From NCBI RefSeq assembly GCF_000027125.1, contig NC_017626.1: a stretch of DNA of 64,000 bases; one strand, given 5' to 3'. The position numbers were made by a program, and so were the translations under genes. Numbering within the stretch: the stretch's first letter is position 1; every line of letters begins with the position of its first letter. Under the pieces are notes generated by a model. That model was not told the origin of the DNA and made no database searches. It saw nothing but the letters and a program-made list of their open reading frames with translations. This document shows positions 37,825 through 47,069 of the stretch, piece after piece. Source of the DNA: Escherichia coli 042. GTDB lineage: Bacteria > Pseudomonadota > Gammaproteobacteria > Enterobacterales > Enterobacteriaceae.

Positions 37825-38063
37825 CAGAGTTCATCCAGCGTCACACGTACTGGCTTAGGATTACGAAGCCGTTCTTTCACTATCTCCACAAGTTCAGCAT
37901 CTTCATCACTCAGGAGTGTCTGTTTGAACGGCAAGCGTTCATTGTCAGCGATATACTCGAGCATGAGACGAAGCGCTTCAGAAGGAGTTACACCCATTTT
38001 TTCAAGCGCGGCGTAAGAACGCGCTTTAAGTTCATCGTCAATACGCAGGTTAATGCTACCCAT
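37824..38063 (-). CDS. relB: type II antitoxin RelB
   Basis: 79-aa ORF MGSINLRIDDELKARSYAALEKMGVTPSEALRLML...; stop overlaps relE start. Confidence 0.9.
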   Translation of the reverse strand: MGSINLRIDDELKARSYAALEKMGVTPSEALRLMLEYIADNERLPFKQTLLSDEDAELVEIVKERLRNPKPVRVTLDEL

Positions 38064-38087
38064 GTCTTACACCTCTTGTAATTACAA

Positions 38088-38393
38088 ATGTCATTACAAG
38101 TATCGCACTACAACATGCTTAGGGCAAGTCACGAAGGAAGTCAGAAAGTAGTCGTAAGAACGGTGATCACTGTCCGCTTTGTGCCAGGAGCAGCCATTGC
38201 TAAGTCCATCCTGTATTGTGCAGGTCAGCTCGTTTTTAAAGAGTCCGGCCATCATCTTACTGGTACAGACACCATATACTTTGTGACGGTCAGGCTACAT
38301 ATGCACAACTCAACTTATTCATCTATTTTTTGCTTTAGCATGTCAGTGTTGCTTTCTCGTCGGCGGGTGAGCGGTGACCTGACCTGTCGATAA
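38088..38393 (+). CDS. ydfV: possible YdfV-like ORF (101 aa), weakly supported
   Basis: Length and position between relB and flxA match K-12 ydfV; composition not strongly protein-like. Confidence 0.3.
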   Translation: MSLQVSHYNMLRASHEGSQKVVVRTVITVRFVPGAAIAKSILYCAGQLVFKESGHHLTGTDTIYFVTVRLHMHNSTYSSIFCFSMSVLLSRRRVSGDLTCR

Positions 38394-38595
38394 AGGAACG
38401 TAACACGTTTTATGCAACACCCGCATGCGGCAGAAAATTATTGCCGAACGTTTACCCCTGTCAACAAGCTTTACTTTCTGAGGCGCGCCAGCCCGCGAGG
38501 AAAACAATCTGAACATCAAACAATTAATGACACAAGAAATACGATTAAAGATTTTTTTGTGCATGCCGATAGTGCTTTTTTAAAAGGAGAAATCT

Positions 38596-38928
38596 ATGTC
38601 TGTCACAATTCAGGGAAATACCTCAACCGTTATTTCAAACAACTCCGCCCCGGAAGGAACATCAGAAATAGCCAAAATCACAAGACAAATTCAGGTGCTG
38701 ACTGAAAAGCTTGGGAAAATCTCATCGTAAGAGGGGATGACGACACAGCAGAAAAAAGAAATGGCTGCATTGGTACAGAAGCAAATTGAAAGCCTCTGGG
38801 CTCAACTGGAGCAGTTGTTAAGGCAGCAGGCAGAGAAAAAGAATGAAGACGCGACAGTTCAGCCTGATAAAAAAGAAGAGAAAAAAGACGATACAAATAC
38901 CGCTGGCACCATTGATATTTACGTCTAA
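38596..38928 (+). pseudogene. flxA: FlxA-like protein interrupted by in-frame TAA at codon 45
   Basis: MSVTIQGNTSTVISNNSAPEGTSEIAKITRQIQVLTEKLGKISS, stop, EG, then ORF-track 38737..38928 MTTQQKKEMAALVQ... in the same frame. Confidence 0.7.
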
Positions 38929-38942
38929 GTGACAGCCGTATT

Positions 38943-38968
38943 GTGGCCCTCATCGGGCCACTTTTCGC
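38943..38968 (+). terminator. hairpin plus T-run after flxA
   Basis: tggccctcatcgggcca stem followed by CTTTTCG. Confidence 0.5.
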
Positions 38969-39299
38969 CATCAGCCTTTTCTTTAAAGACATATTATCTT
39001 TGTATCATTTCTGATAGTTAACATTACAAGATATAAGTAATGGACGCACTCCCAATTAGTCTATTTAAATCGCCACGAGTTTAACTGACAACCCATGATC
39101 AATTATGAATTGCAACTATTTCTGTAGTCACTTTTGTGGGGACAGTCCACAAAACTGCCAACTTCCGCTTCTTGCTCTTAGCGGACATTAGCATAGGCTA
39201 TTTACCATAACGCCTCATTACGCGCACCGCCCAGACTGACTCAGCGCGTTTCTGGCATATCCCCGGTAAAACAAGTAACAAACCACCCGAAAATGAACA

Positions 39300-40760
39300 C
39301 CAGAAACGCGACTTAAGAATCTACCCTATGAATGGATATGCACTCAACCGAATCGATCTTGGTTTCAATCTTTTTTATCGGGATCAGGCTTCTTTTTAGG
39401 TAACTTCGGGGGCTTAACTTGCTGATGACTTTGCGTTCGGCGCGTAAGCCAGGGATGGTCAGCTTTAGGTTTAACATAGTATTTTGAGCGTAAATCAATA
39501 CGGGCATTATCCACTCGTTCATGGACACTCTTTTCATCATCCAGTGGTATAGGCTCCGGGCCATCAACATACTTTTCCCAGCCCAGCGCTTTCCCGTCAT
39601 ACAGAACGTTAATTTCACCGTCAAAGTTCTCGCATACAGTAACAACCGAATGCCTAAGTCGATATCCCCGGCCCTCACTGCGTACCTGAAACGCACTGCT
39701 TTTGTACTGGAAAGTGAGATTTTTAGACAGAACGCGCTTCGCCTGTAGGCTGAAGATATAACCCAGTTCCTCTTCAGAATGGTGCACATCAAGATGAGCA
39801 TTATCAGTAGTACGAGGCGACGTAGCGAACCGGTTGTTATAGGCTTCAATAAAGGTCGGCAACCATGCATTTGCTGTTTCAATATCACTGATATTCTGAA
39901 GCCGCATTTCTTTGACCAGCCTGTCCTGTAGTGTCTGATTGGCGCGCTCTACCCGCCCTTTTGCCTGCGGGCTGTTGGCATGGATTGGCTCGATGCCCAG
40001 TGTCTTTATCGCACGAGTGAACTGGGTCAGCTCACCTTCCCGCTCTGGGTTATTTACCCTGAATATACTGTGTCTATCAGAGTAGAGAGCGAGCGGTACG
40101 CCATGATCATTAAGGTAACCCCGGAGGGTTTCCATGTAAGCCCGGGTTGTTTCAGCAGGCACAAAACGCAACGCCATCAACGCACTGGTGGCATCATCAA
40201 TGAAAACGATCAGTGTACATCTGGGGCCTCGATTTTCAAACCAGTCATGAGGTGAGCCATCAATCTGGATCAGTTCACCGTAAGATGGTCGTCGCATGCG
40301 GCGTTGATATATACGGGCAATTTTACGACGGCGTTCACGCCATAACCCCTCTTCTACCATCCACTTTCTGAGAGTTTCAACGGATAAAGATAAACCGTGT
40401 ATCTCGCGCAATTTTTCGCACGCAAACGTAGGTCCAAAATCAGCGTAACGGCCTTTGAGGAGTGAAATTACTGTTGCTCTGAATTCAGTAGAAAAGGAAT
40501 TATTAGGACGCTTTCCACGTCGGTGGGAAACCAGACCAGAAGGCCCTTCATTTCTATACCGTTGCACCAGACGTTTAACCTGCCGAATAGAAATGCCAAT
40601 GCGTGCCGCAGCTTGTTCCTGAATAATCTGAAGTCGGTGGAGTTCCTTATGACTCATCGTAACAGTCTCTTTGATCATGAAAAATCCCCCAGAGAATTGT
40701 CTGGGGACATTTTAGAATGGTTCAAAGGGGACATTACAGCTTGGTGTTAACAATAGCCTG
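39300..40760. mobile_element. insertion sequence (boundaries approximate) carrying a DDE transposase
   Basis: Single 437-aa transposase gene in a ~1.45 kb block that interrupts prophage gene order between flxA and the replication genes; terminal inverted repeats not resolved by eye. Confidence 0.5.
39365..40678 (-). CDS. DDE (rve-fold) transposase with N-terminal HTH, IS481/ISNCY-like
   Basis: 437-aa ORF MIKETVTMSHKELHRLQIIQEQAAARIGISIRQVKRLVQRYRNEG... with integrase-core-like region. Confidence 0.8.
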   Translation of the reverse strand: MIKETVTMSHKELHRLQIIQEQAAARIGISIRQVKRLVQRYRNEGPSGLVSHRRGKRPNNSFSTEFRATVISLLKGRYADFGPTFACEKLREIHGLSLSVETLRKWMVEEGLWRERRRKIARIYQRRMRRPSYGELIQIDGSPHDWFENRGPRCTLIVFIDDATSALMALRFVPAETTRAYMETLRGYLNDHGVPLALYSDRHSIFRVNNPEREGELTQFTRAIKTLGIEPIHANSPQAKGRVERANQTLQDRLVKEMRLQNISDIETANAWLPTFIEAYNNRFATSPRTTDNAHLDVHHSEEELGYIFSLQAKRVLSKNLTFQYKSSAFQVRSEGRGYRLRHSVVTVCENFDGEINVLYDGKALGWEKYVDGPEPIPLDDEKSVHERVDNARIDLRSKYYVKPKADHPWLTRRTQSHQQVKPPKLPKKKPDPDKKD

Positions 40761-41012
40761 CTTCTCCGTGCCTTTCGGCACGTAAGAGGCTAACCTACAT
40801 GTGTCTAGCATGAAATTGGCCTCAGATTAATGTTAAGCGTCTTGCAGGACGCGTAATGTTAACTGGGGCTTTTCTCTATCTGCCGTTGGTGTCCATGCCC
40901 GAGGCAGATAGCCTCAAGCACCCGCAGTCATTCTACTTAACTAAGATTTCCCCGCAAACCGTTTTTGTCCAGCACAGTAAATATCCAACTAAACCAATGG
41001 AGTTCGCTGTAT

Positions 41013-41231
41013 TTACCGCCAGTATTCAATGCACATGACCGCCATGAACACCCCTAAAAAAAGGGCATTTATATATCCAAATATTAATATCAAAACATCA
41101 ACTTTTTCCATATACCTTGCTGTGAAGATGATGGGCATACATGATGCGAACAACCAGAACGCAACAAACAAAAACTGCAATGCGTTTTTCATTATTCCTC
41201 CTACAATCAATGTGCAATTACATTTAAACAC
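41013..41231 (-). CDS. hypothetical small membrane protein (two predicted TM helices)
   Basis: 72-aa ORF ...MKNALQFLFVAFWLFASCMPIIFTARYMEKVDVLILIFGYINALFLGVFMAVMCIEYWR. Confidence 0.35.
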   Translation of the reverse strand: MFKCNCTLIVGGIMKNALQFLFVAFWLFASCMPIIFTARYMEKVDVLILIFGYINALFLGVFMAVMCIEYWR

Positions 41232-42344
41232 ACCTCAATTTGGCCGGACATATAAATATCTAAACCAGAAAAAATCACTTACATAGCGTTACAAACTCTT
41301 TAGTCTAAAGGTTCATCGTAAAACATTCCCCATACTTATCAGTCCGTTCCGCGCCAGGTAGCTCATTGCCTTATCTGGCAACCTGTAATCAGGTTTCCGC
41401 TTTTTCAGTTGGCTGGTCGTTTAACCGACATAGTTAATCCATTAATCTAGTTGCCGGATGTTGGTGGATTTTCGCGTTTTAGTTGTTCATAAAAGTGCAC
41501 AGCTTTAACCAGTTCTTCTGATGTAACTGGGACTGGTGAGGCAGTGAATAAGGCCTGAATTTGATAGTTCGGCCTGTCGTTACAATCCTCTTTTTTCGGT
41601 ACATATTTCCAGTCACCAGACCACTACTTCCCCTGAAAGTCCGTAACGCCTTTTTTCACGTAGCGATATCGCCATGCCACTGGTTTTGCTTGCCCCGCCG
41701 TTTCATGCCCTTCCTGATAATTAATCTCGCTCATTCATCGCCCCACTCATCACAATATGCTTCGACCGGAGTTTTTCCCGCTTCATAGTCATCACGCTAG
41801 GATTCGACATCAGCAGCACTTCCACCGCGTAACTCACCATAGTCCATTAATAGTTCATCCCGCTCTTCAAAACTGATGTTATATTTAGCTGAACAAAAAT
41901 CAGCCACTTTGTTCTTCCTCATCGTCTTTTATTTCGTGGTATGAGTAATTGCAGTAGTTAAAGAAAATTTCTTATGCTCCGTCATGAATTTCCTCAGGTG
42001 TTGCGTCATCGTCCACTTCGAATACATCCTCAAAATCTCCACCAGCTATTCCCGTTTCAATAATAATTTTGAACTTTCGCATTTCACTACCGCCCTTTCG
42101 GGCGGCCTCCTGATGTTCTGAGGGTGCAGAAATCCATCCGGTTAAGGATTAAATTTTATTTACAGAACTGAATTTAATTATTCAGATATACGTATCTGTA
42201 GCCTTACGAATCTACTCACTGGATGCCTCTTTCATAAAAATAATCCAGTGGGTTTTATCGTTTTTTCCCTGTTCGTTGACAGATAACAGGTTTTCTGTCT
42301 GTCAGTGCCAGAATCTGGCTTACCGGTATTTGCGTTTCATTCCA

Positions 42345-42701
42345 TTAAAAAATCAGAACGCCGTGCGGCCTCAACACCCGAAAGGCTTCTTTAAATCTCT
42401 GTCGCGAATCATCACGCCAGGCATCTTTATTCAGCCGTCCATATTTCTTTCCCATCCAGGCGTTATCACCAACACTCTCAAGATGCGGAGGGTCTAATAC
42501 AACCATCGAAAAAGATGCGTCTGCAAATGATAATGCACGAAAATCTGCGATAATGTCAGGGCTGATAATCAAGCGTCTCCCATTGCGTAATGTGTATCCT
42601 TCTTTTCTGATATCGCTGAATATCGCCCGTTCGTCAGACTTATCGAACCAGAACATGCGGCTGCCACAGCACATATCAAGAATGGTTGCCGGTGCACTCA
42701 C
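42345..42701 (-). pseudogene. SAM-dependent DNA methyltransferase-like ORF, apparently truncated (118 aa)
   Basis: Motif I-like DMCCGSRMFWFD and motif IV-like VVLDPPH; ends at TAA after ...HGVLIF, frame continues protein-like (WNETQIPVSQILALTDRKPVICQRTGKKR). Confidence 0.45.
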
Positions 42702-43120
42702 TGCGCCACGTCCTGAAAATTACCCTGATAGAAAGCCAGTATGCGCTGCATAACTTCGCTCTTCCGGCACTCGCGACAGATTATGTTTAGGCGACTGTCG
42801 TAGCGACGTATTTCTCCGTCAGGTGATGACCAGATAAGGTCCGGATCAACCACAGCAGGTTTCTTCACCTTTGCCCTCGAGAGTTTTTTGCGGGCGTTTT
42901 GCCAGTCCTTACGCGCCTGTTCAGAGGGGAATAACCCGTAGCCGGAGTTGTATACATCGCCACTGGCTACCAGCTCTCTGGCAAGAACGCTCATCAGATA
43001 TCTAGTCGCACCTGTTTTAGCTTCCAGTTGCCGTAACGTCTCACGGCCGCTCTGGCGCACGAGTTCCACCACCTGCCATTTAATTTTTTCCCGCTCTTCT
43101 TGTGTAAAAACTTTTGCCAC
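42698..43120 (-). CDS. hypothetical prophage early protein (140 aa)
   Basis: ORF in the replication module downstream of the initiator gene; start overlaps methyltransferase-like ORF. Confidence 0.5.
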   Translation of the reverse strand: MAKVFTQEEREKIKWQVVELVRQSGRETLRQLEAKTGATRYLMSVLARELVASGDVYNSGYGLFPSEQARKDWQNARKKLSRAKVKKPAVVDPDLIWSSPDGEIRRYDSRLNIICRECRKSEVMQRILAFYQGNFQDVAQ

Positions 43121-43160
43121 AAGTCCCCCTTAAAATTACCTCATGACCTGAAATCAACAC

Positions 43161-44180
43161 TTATCCTCTGAAACCAGGCGGAATTTCTGTATCCGGTTCA
43201 GAAATATGATTAACACAACGCTGTACAGGTGAACGTCCCAGGCGGATGACCAGTTCGTCCCATTTTTCGCGGAGCTTTGACGGGCTCATGATGTTTTTGA
43301 CCCAGAATGGATCTCGCTGAACCCGACCAAACATTTCGCAAATTTGTCTGTGGCTTCTGCCATCCAGCATCCGCATTGTGCGCACGTCATTGGCCCAGGC
43401 AGTCCAGTTAGGCTCTTTTGGTCGCATGATCTCGCCATCATCACTGGCTGCCTGTTCGTAGAGACCCACGATCCGCCCCCAGATCCACTGCGCACACGCC
43501 AAATCCTCCCTGCTACCCCACTGGCGTTTTTTCGCACTAAACACAACCGCGTCGGAGTTCCGGGTTAAAAAATCCTGTTCAGTCGTCTGCGGGTCCGGTT
43601 GCGAAGCTTCCGGACGAAAAGTGTTTTTATTCTCTGTAGTAGTCTCTGTTGTATTCTCTGTAAGATCATCAGGCCATTTTGACCCGATGACATTGGGTCG
43701 TTTTGAACCAATGGAGCGTTTCATTTTGACCTCTTCCATCGTGTCATTTTGACCTGATGGAGCGGCGCATTTTGAACCGATGGATTCGCTCAATTTGCCA
43801 CCATCTAAAAGCTCGCTCCCATAGTTGATCGTGTAGAAATTGGTCATATCGCGCTTTGATTTATTGAGCTTTTCACAACGCAAAAGCCCCAGCGTTTTCA
43901 GACTTGCAAACGCGCGCTTTAACGTTGACTCTGACCAGAATGGGAACTGTTCCAGCCATTGTTCCGTTGTGTTATAAATCCAGCGAACACCATCACATTC
44001 CATGCCGGAGTTGGTATCTCTCAACCAGTAGTGCAGTTGTTGCAAAACAATGGCTTCGTTTAAGCCAATTTTCATTGCCAGCTGCGTGTTTATAACCAGT
44101 GGGCGTTCAGCAAAAAGAAGGCTCATAATTCCATCCAGCTTTTTGTTGGTATTGCTGTCGATACGCAAGTTTGAAAGCAA
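43161..44180 (-). CDS. putative phage replication initiator (lambda O position) with internal iteron origin
   Basis: 339-aa ORF at the position of lambda O relative to the Cro-like gene; contains a block of direct repeats inside the coding sequence. Confidence 0.55.
   Translation of the reverse strand: MLSNLRIDSNTNKKLDGIMSLLFAERPLVINTQLAMKIGLNEAIVLQQLHYWLRDTNSGMECDGVRWIYNTTEQWLEQFPFWSESTLKRAFASLKTLGLLRCEKLNKSKRDMTNFYTINYGSELLDGGKLSESIGSKCAAPSGQNDTMEEVKMKRSIGSKRPNVIGSKWPDDLTENTTETTTENKNTFRPEASQPDPQTTEQDFLTRNSDAVVFSAKKRQWGSREDLACAQWIWGRIVGLYEQAASDDGEIMRPKEPNWTAWANDVRTMRMLDGRSHRQICEMFGRVQRDPFWVKNIMSPSKLREKWDELVIRLGRSPVQRCVNHISEPDTEIPPGFRG
43675..43790. repeat. putative replication origin: ~5 direct repeats (iterons) of cattttga(a/c)c...atgga, period ~23 bp
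   Basis: Repeats cattttgacccgatgacattgggtcg / ttttgaaccaatggagcg / cattttgacctcttccatcg / cattttgacctgatggagcgg / cattttgaaccgatggattcg inside the initiator gene. Confidence 0.5.
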
Positions 44181-44628
44181 TTGCTTTTTCTATAAGTTCG
44201 TCAGTTTCACGATCCACTACGGCAGGATCAGCAAAAAGCAGTCCGGACTCCACCACATCGCCATATTCTTTGTTTAACCCGGCGATCATGCACGTGATGC
44301 TTTTTCCGTCAGTAATTTCACGATACAACCTGAAATCATTAATCCGGATAGCCTCCATAATTGCAGGCACTAGCGCCGTGAACTTTTCACGCTTATCCCT
44401 GGTGTCGATAGCCTTCCAGCGTTCAAATATCTTCACTCGATTAACGCCAAGCGCTCGCTGATCAATCGCGCCACCTTCATATGTGACACGCTGAACATCG
44501 ATGTTCGGGCGCTCTTTCAAAGCCCAGAATGCTTCAGTGATTAATATCGTCGCCTGCTCCTGTGTCATTCCTGGTCGACATATCCAGGCATCCAGAGCCT
44601 CACGAGCCTGTTCAGGAGTGATTTTCAT
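44107..44628 (-). CDS. YdaT-like prophage regulatory protein (cII position)
   Basis: 173-aa ORF directly downstream of the Cro-like dicC; pattern ...IFERWKAIDTRDKREKFTALVPAIMEAI... resembles YdaT-family proteins. Confidence 0.45.
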   Translation of the reverse strand: MKITPEQAREALDAWICRPGMTQEQATILITEAFWALKERPNIDVQRVTYEGGAIDQRALGVNRVKIFERWKAIDTRDKREKFTALVPAIMEAIRINDFRLYREITDGKSITCMIAGLNKEYGDVVESGLLFADPAVVDRETDELIEKAIAFKLAYRQQYQQKAGWNYEPSFC

Positions 44629-44842
44629 TGTTCAACCGCCCCGCCCGCTTCGTCTTACGATATTCATCATAAACTTTGGGATCATACTGAAGCTCCCCGC
44701 CAGATGCCTCCTGTAGACGCATCGCGCGACCTTCGGGAACTAAATCCCCTTTCCAGCTATAAAGCGAAGCCAAACGAATACCTGCTGCTTGTGCAAGTTT
44801 TGTTTTTGAACCGAAATACAAAAGAGCGTCAGTTTTAAGCAT
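44612..44842 (-). CDS. dicC: Cro-like regulator DicC
   Basis: 76-aa ORF MLKTDALLYFGSKTKLAQAAGIRLASLYSWKGD... divergent from dicA. Confidence 0.85.
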   Translation of the reverse strand: MLKTDALLYFGSKTKLAQAAGIRLASLYSWKGDLVPEGRAMRLQEASGGELQYDPKVYDEYRKTKRAGRLNNENHS

Positions 44843-44925
44843 TTAAAACACCTTTATTGTTAGCCATAACTAACAAGATAGATGTTAACAAAAACATAGT
44901 CAATACGATTTAGCATTAGCTAACT
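44843..44925. promoter_or_regulatory. dicA-dicC divergent promoter/operator region
   Basis: Intergenic region with palindromic operator-like elements (tgttagccataactaaca; ttagcattagctaa). Confidence 0.55.
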
Positions 44926-45333
44926 ATGGAAACAAAAAATTTAACTATCGGCGAACGCATCAGGTATCGTCGGAAAAACCTCAAACACACCCAAAGGTCT
45001 CTTGCTAAAGCCCTGAAAATCTCCCATGTGTCTGTATCACAATGGGAACGGGGTGATAGTGAACCTACAGGGAAGAACCTTTTTGCCCTCAGCAAAGTAT
45101 TGCAATGCTCACCAACATGGATTCTATTTGGCGATGAAGACAAGCAACCAACACCACCTGTTGAGAAGCCAGTTGCCTTATCCCCCAAAGAACTAGAGCT
45201 CCTTGAGCTGTTTAATGCACTGCCAGAATCAGAACAGGATACCCAGCTCGCCGAAATGCGAGCTCGAGTAAAAAACTTCAATAAACTCTTTGAAGAATTA
45301 CTAAAAGCCCGTCAGCGGACAAATAAAAGATAA
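44926..45333 (+). CDS. dicA: XRE-family repressor DicA
   Basis: 135-aa ORF METKNLTIGERIRYRRKNLKHTQRSLAKALKISHVSVSQWERG... (HTH). Confidence 0.9.
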   Translation: METKNLTIGERIRYRRKNLKHTQRSLAKALKISHVSVSQWERGDSEPTGKNLFALSKVLQCSPTWILFGDEDKQPTPPVEKPVALSPKELELLELFNALPESEQDTQLAEMRARVKNFNKLFEELLKARQRTNKR

Positions 45334-45499
45334 CATCATCAATGAGTTATCTTTTACCACATCAATTATGTTAGCTATAGCATACAAAATCACTTGACCG
45401 ATATGTTAGTCATGGCTAATCTTGTTTGCATCAACACACCGCACGGTGTTCTCAGCAAACAGTTCCGCTACCCCAGCGTTAAGGGGAAATGAGGTCAGC

Positions 45500-45655
45500 A
45501 TGGATACTATCGATCTTGGCAACAACGAATCTCTGGTGTACGGCGTGTTTCCAAACCAGGACGGCACGTTCACCGCAATGACGTATACCAAAAGCAAAAC
45601 GTTTAAAACCGAAAATGGTGCCCGTCGCTGGCTGGAAAGAAACTCAGGTGAGTGA
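45500..45655 (+). CDS. ydfA: small protein YdfA (51 aa)
   Basis: Internal start MDTIDLGNNESLVYGVFPNQDG... within ORF 45422..45655. Confidence 0.8.
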   Translation: MDTIDLGNNESLVYGVFPNQDGTFTAMTYTKSKTFKTENGARRWLERNSGE

Positions 45656-45656
45656 T

Positions 45657-45785
45657 ATGGATTTCGACACAATCATGGAAAAGGCTTACGAAGAATACTT
45701 CGAAGGCCTTGCCGAAGGCGAAGAAGCTCTCAGCTTCAGTGAGTTTAAACAGGCGCTTTCCAGTTCGGCAAAATCTAACGGCTGA
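45657..45785 (+). CDS. ydfB: small protein YdfB (42 aa)
   Basis: Manual translation MDFDTIMEKAYEEYFEGLAEGEEALSFSEFKQALSSSAKSNG; below ORF-track cutoff. Confidence 0.75.
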   Translation: MDFDTIMEKAYEEYFEGLAEGEEALSFSEFKQALSSSAKSNG

Positions 45786-45814
45786 TAAGCGAAACAGCAC
45801 CGCGAGGAATCAGT

Positions 45815-46033
45815 ATGCAGAAACGAGAACCCGTCATCATCGCGCCAGACTATACCGATGATGAACTTTATGAGTGGATGCGCCAGAAAATTAATGCAGC
45901 GCAGGATCTGAAATGGGCTAATGAAGCCAGGGCTAAGCAGGCTGAAAATCTGTCCGCTCTGGAGCAGGATATCACCAATCTGGAAAAAGCAGCGGCATTA
46001 AGCATTGCCAGAATGATTACATACCCGCGTTAG
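45815..46033 (+). CDS. ydfC: small protein YdfC (72 aa)
   Basis: ORF MQKREPVIIAPDYTDDELYEWMRQKINAAQDLKW... Confidence 0.8.
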   Translation: MQKREPVIIAPDYTDDELYEWMRQKINAAQDLKWANEARAKQAENLSALEQDITNLEKAAALSIARMITYPR

Positions 46034-46373
46034 TAGCTAATCAACAAAGCTAAGGTTAGTAATTAAGGAGTTCTCCACGGGTGAGGTGGAGTGCGTGCGC
46101 CGGACACGGGTGCGCATCCGGAACTGACAGTTTACTGAAAGGATATTTCCCTGAAAAGTCAGACCATAACGCGAAAGCGCACGGCGAGGTAGCTGGTTCA
46201 TAGATAGCCTGTCGTTAAATTTTCGTCGACCGTGCGCTTCCGGTTGTGGCAACCCGCGAAATGGCGCGGCGGTAAGTATGGCGGGGTTATTCCTTCCCCG
46301 TTGAGGACACCGGGTTGTCAGGTTGACCATACGCTTAAGTGACAACCCCGCTGCAACGCCCTCTGTTATCAAT

Positions 46374-46432
46374 TTTCTGGTGACGTTTGGCGGTATCAGT
46401 TTTACTCCGTGACTGCTCTGCCGCCCTTTTTA
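46374..46432 (+). ncRNA. dicF: DicF small regulatory RNA (cell-division inhibitor, ftsZ antisense)
   Basis: tttctggtgacgtttggcggtatcagttttactccgtgactgctctgccgccc followed by TTTTT; matches DicF as I remember it; lies between ydfC and dicB. Confidence 0.8.
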
Positions 46433-46600
46433 AAGTGAATTTTGTGATGTGGTGAATGCGGCTGAGCGCACGCGGAACAGTTAAAACCAAAAACAGTGTT
46501 ATGGGTGGATTCTCTGTATCCGGCGTTAATTGTTAACTGGTTAACGTCACCTGGAGGCACCAGGCACTGCATCACAAAATTCATTGTTGAGGACGCGATA

Positions 46601-46789
46601 ATGAAAACGTTATTACCAAACGTTAATACGTCTGAAGGTTGTTTTGAAATTGGTGTCACTATCAGTAACCCAGTATTTACTGAAGATGCCATTAACAAGA
46701 GAAAACAAGAACGGGAGCTATTAAATAAAATATGCATTGTTTCAATGCTGGCTCGTTTACGTCTGATGCCAAAAGGATGTGCACAATGA
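46601..46789 (+). CDS. dicB: cell-division inhibitor DicB (62 aa)
   Basis: Internal start MKTLLPNVNTSEGCFEIGVTISNPVF... within ORF 46496..46789. Confidence 0.85.
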   Translation: MKTLLPNVNTSEGCFEIGVTISNPVFTEDAINKRKQERELLNKICIVSMLARLRLMPKGCAQ

Positions 46790-46977
46790 ATTCAGCATTT
46801 GTGCTTGTTCTGACAGTTTTTCTTGTTTCCGGAGAGCCAGTTGATATTGCAGTCAGTGTTCACAGGACAATGCAGGAGTGTATGACTGCAGCAACCGAAC
46901 AGAAAATTCCCGGTAACTGTTACCCGGTCGATAAAGTTATTCACCAGGATAATATCGAAATCCCGGCAGGTCTTTAA
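46786..46977 (+). CDS. ydfD: small lysis-associated protein YdfD (63 aa)
   Basis: Start MNSAFVLVLTVFLVSGEPV... overlapping dicB stop; hydrophobic N-terminus. Confidence 0.8.
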   Translation: MNSAFVLVLTVFLVSGEPVDIAVSVHRTMQECMTAATEQKIPGNCYPVDKVIHQDNIEIPAGL

Positions 46978-47069
46978 AACAGTTCCGTAATAAATATCCG
47001 GTTTCATTCTTATATGCCAGCAATGGCAGGGATTTGTTCATCCTTAAATCTGTCATGAGGTTAAAACAA

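Noticed and set aside
38343-38705. ORFs 38343..38564 (-) and 38412..38705 (+) around the flxA start
   Set aside because: Overlap each other and the flxA 5' region; composition not protein-like; flxA reading frame explains the region better.
39313-39888. 191-aa ORF overlapping the 3' part of the transposase gene in another frame
   Set aside because: Contained within the better-supported 437-aa transposase ORF.
46037-46372. 111-aa minus-strand ORF between ydfC and dicF
   Set aside because: Lies in the processed leader of the DicF precursor transcript; on the opposite strand to the ydfABC-dicF-dicB operon with no ribosome-binding site; likely spurious.
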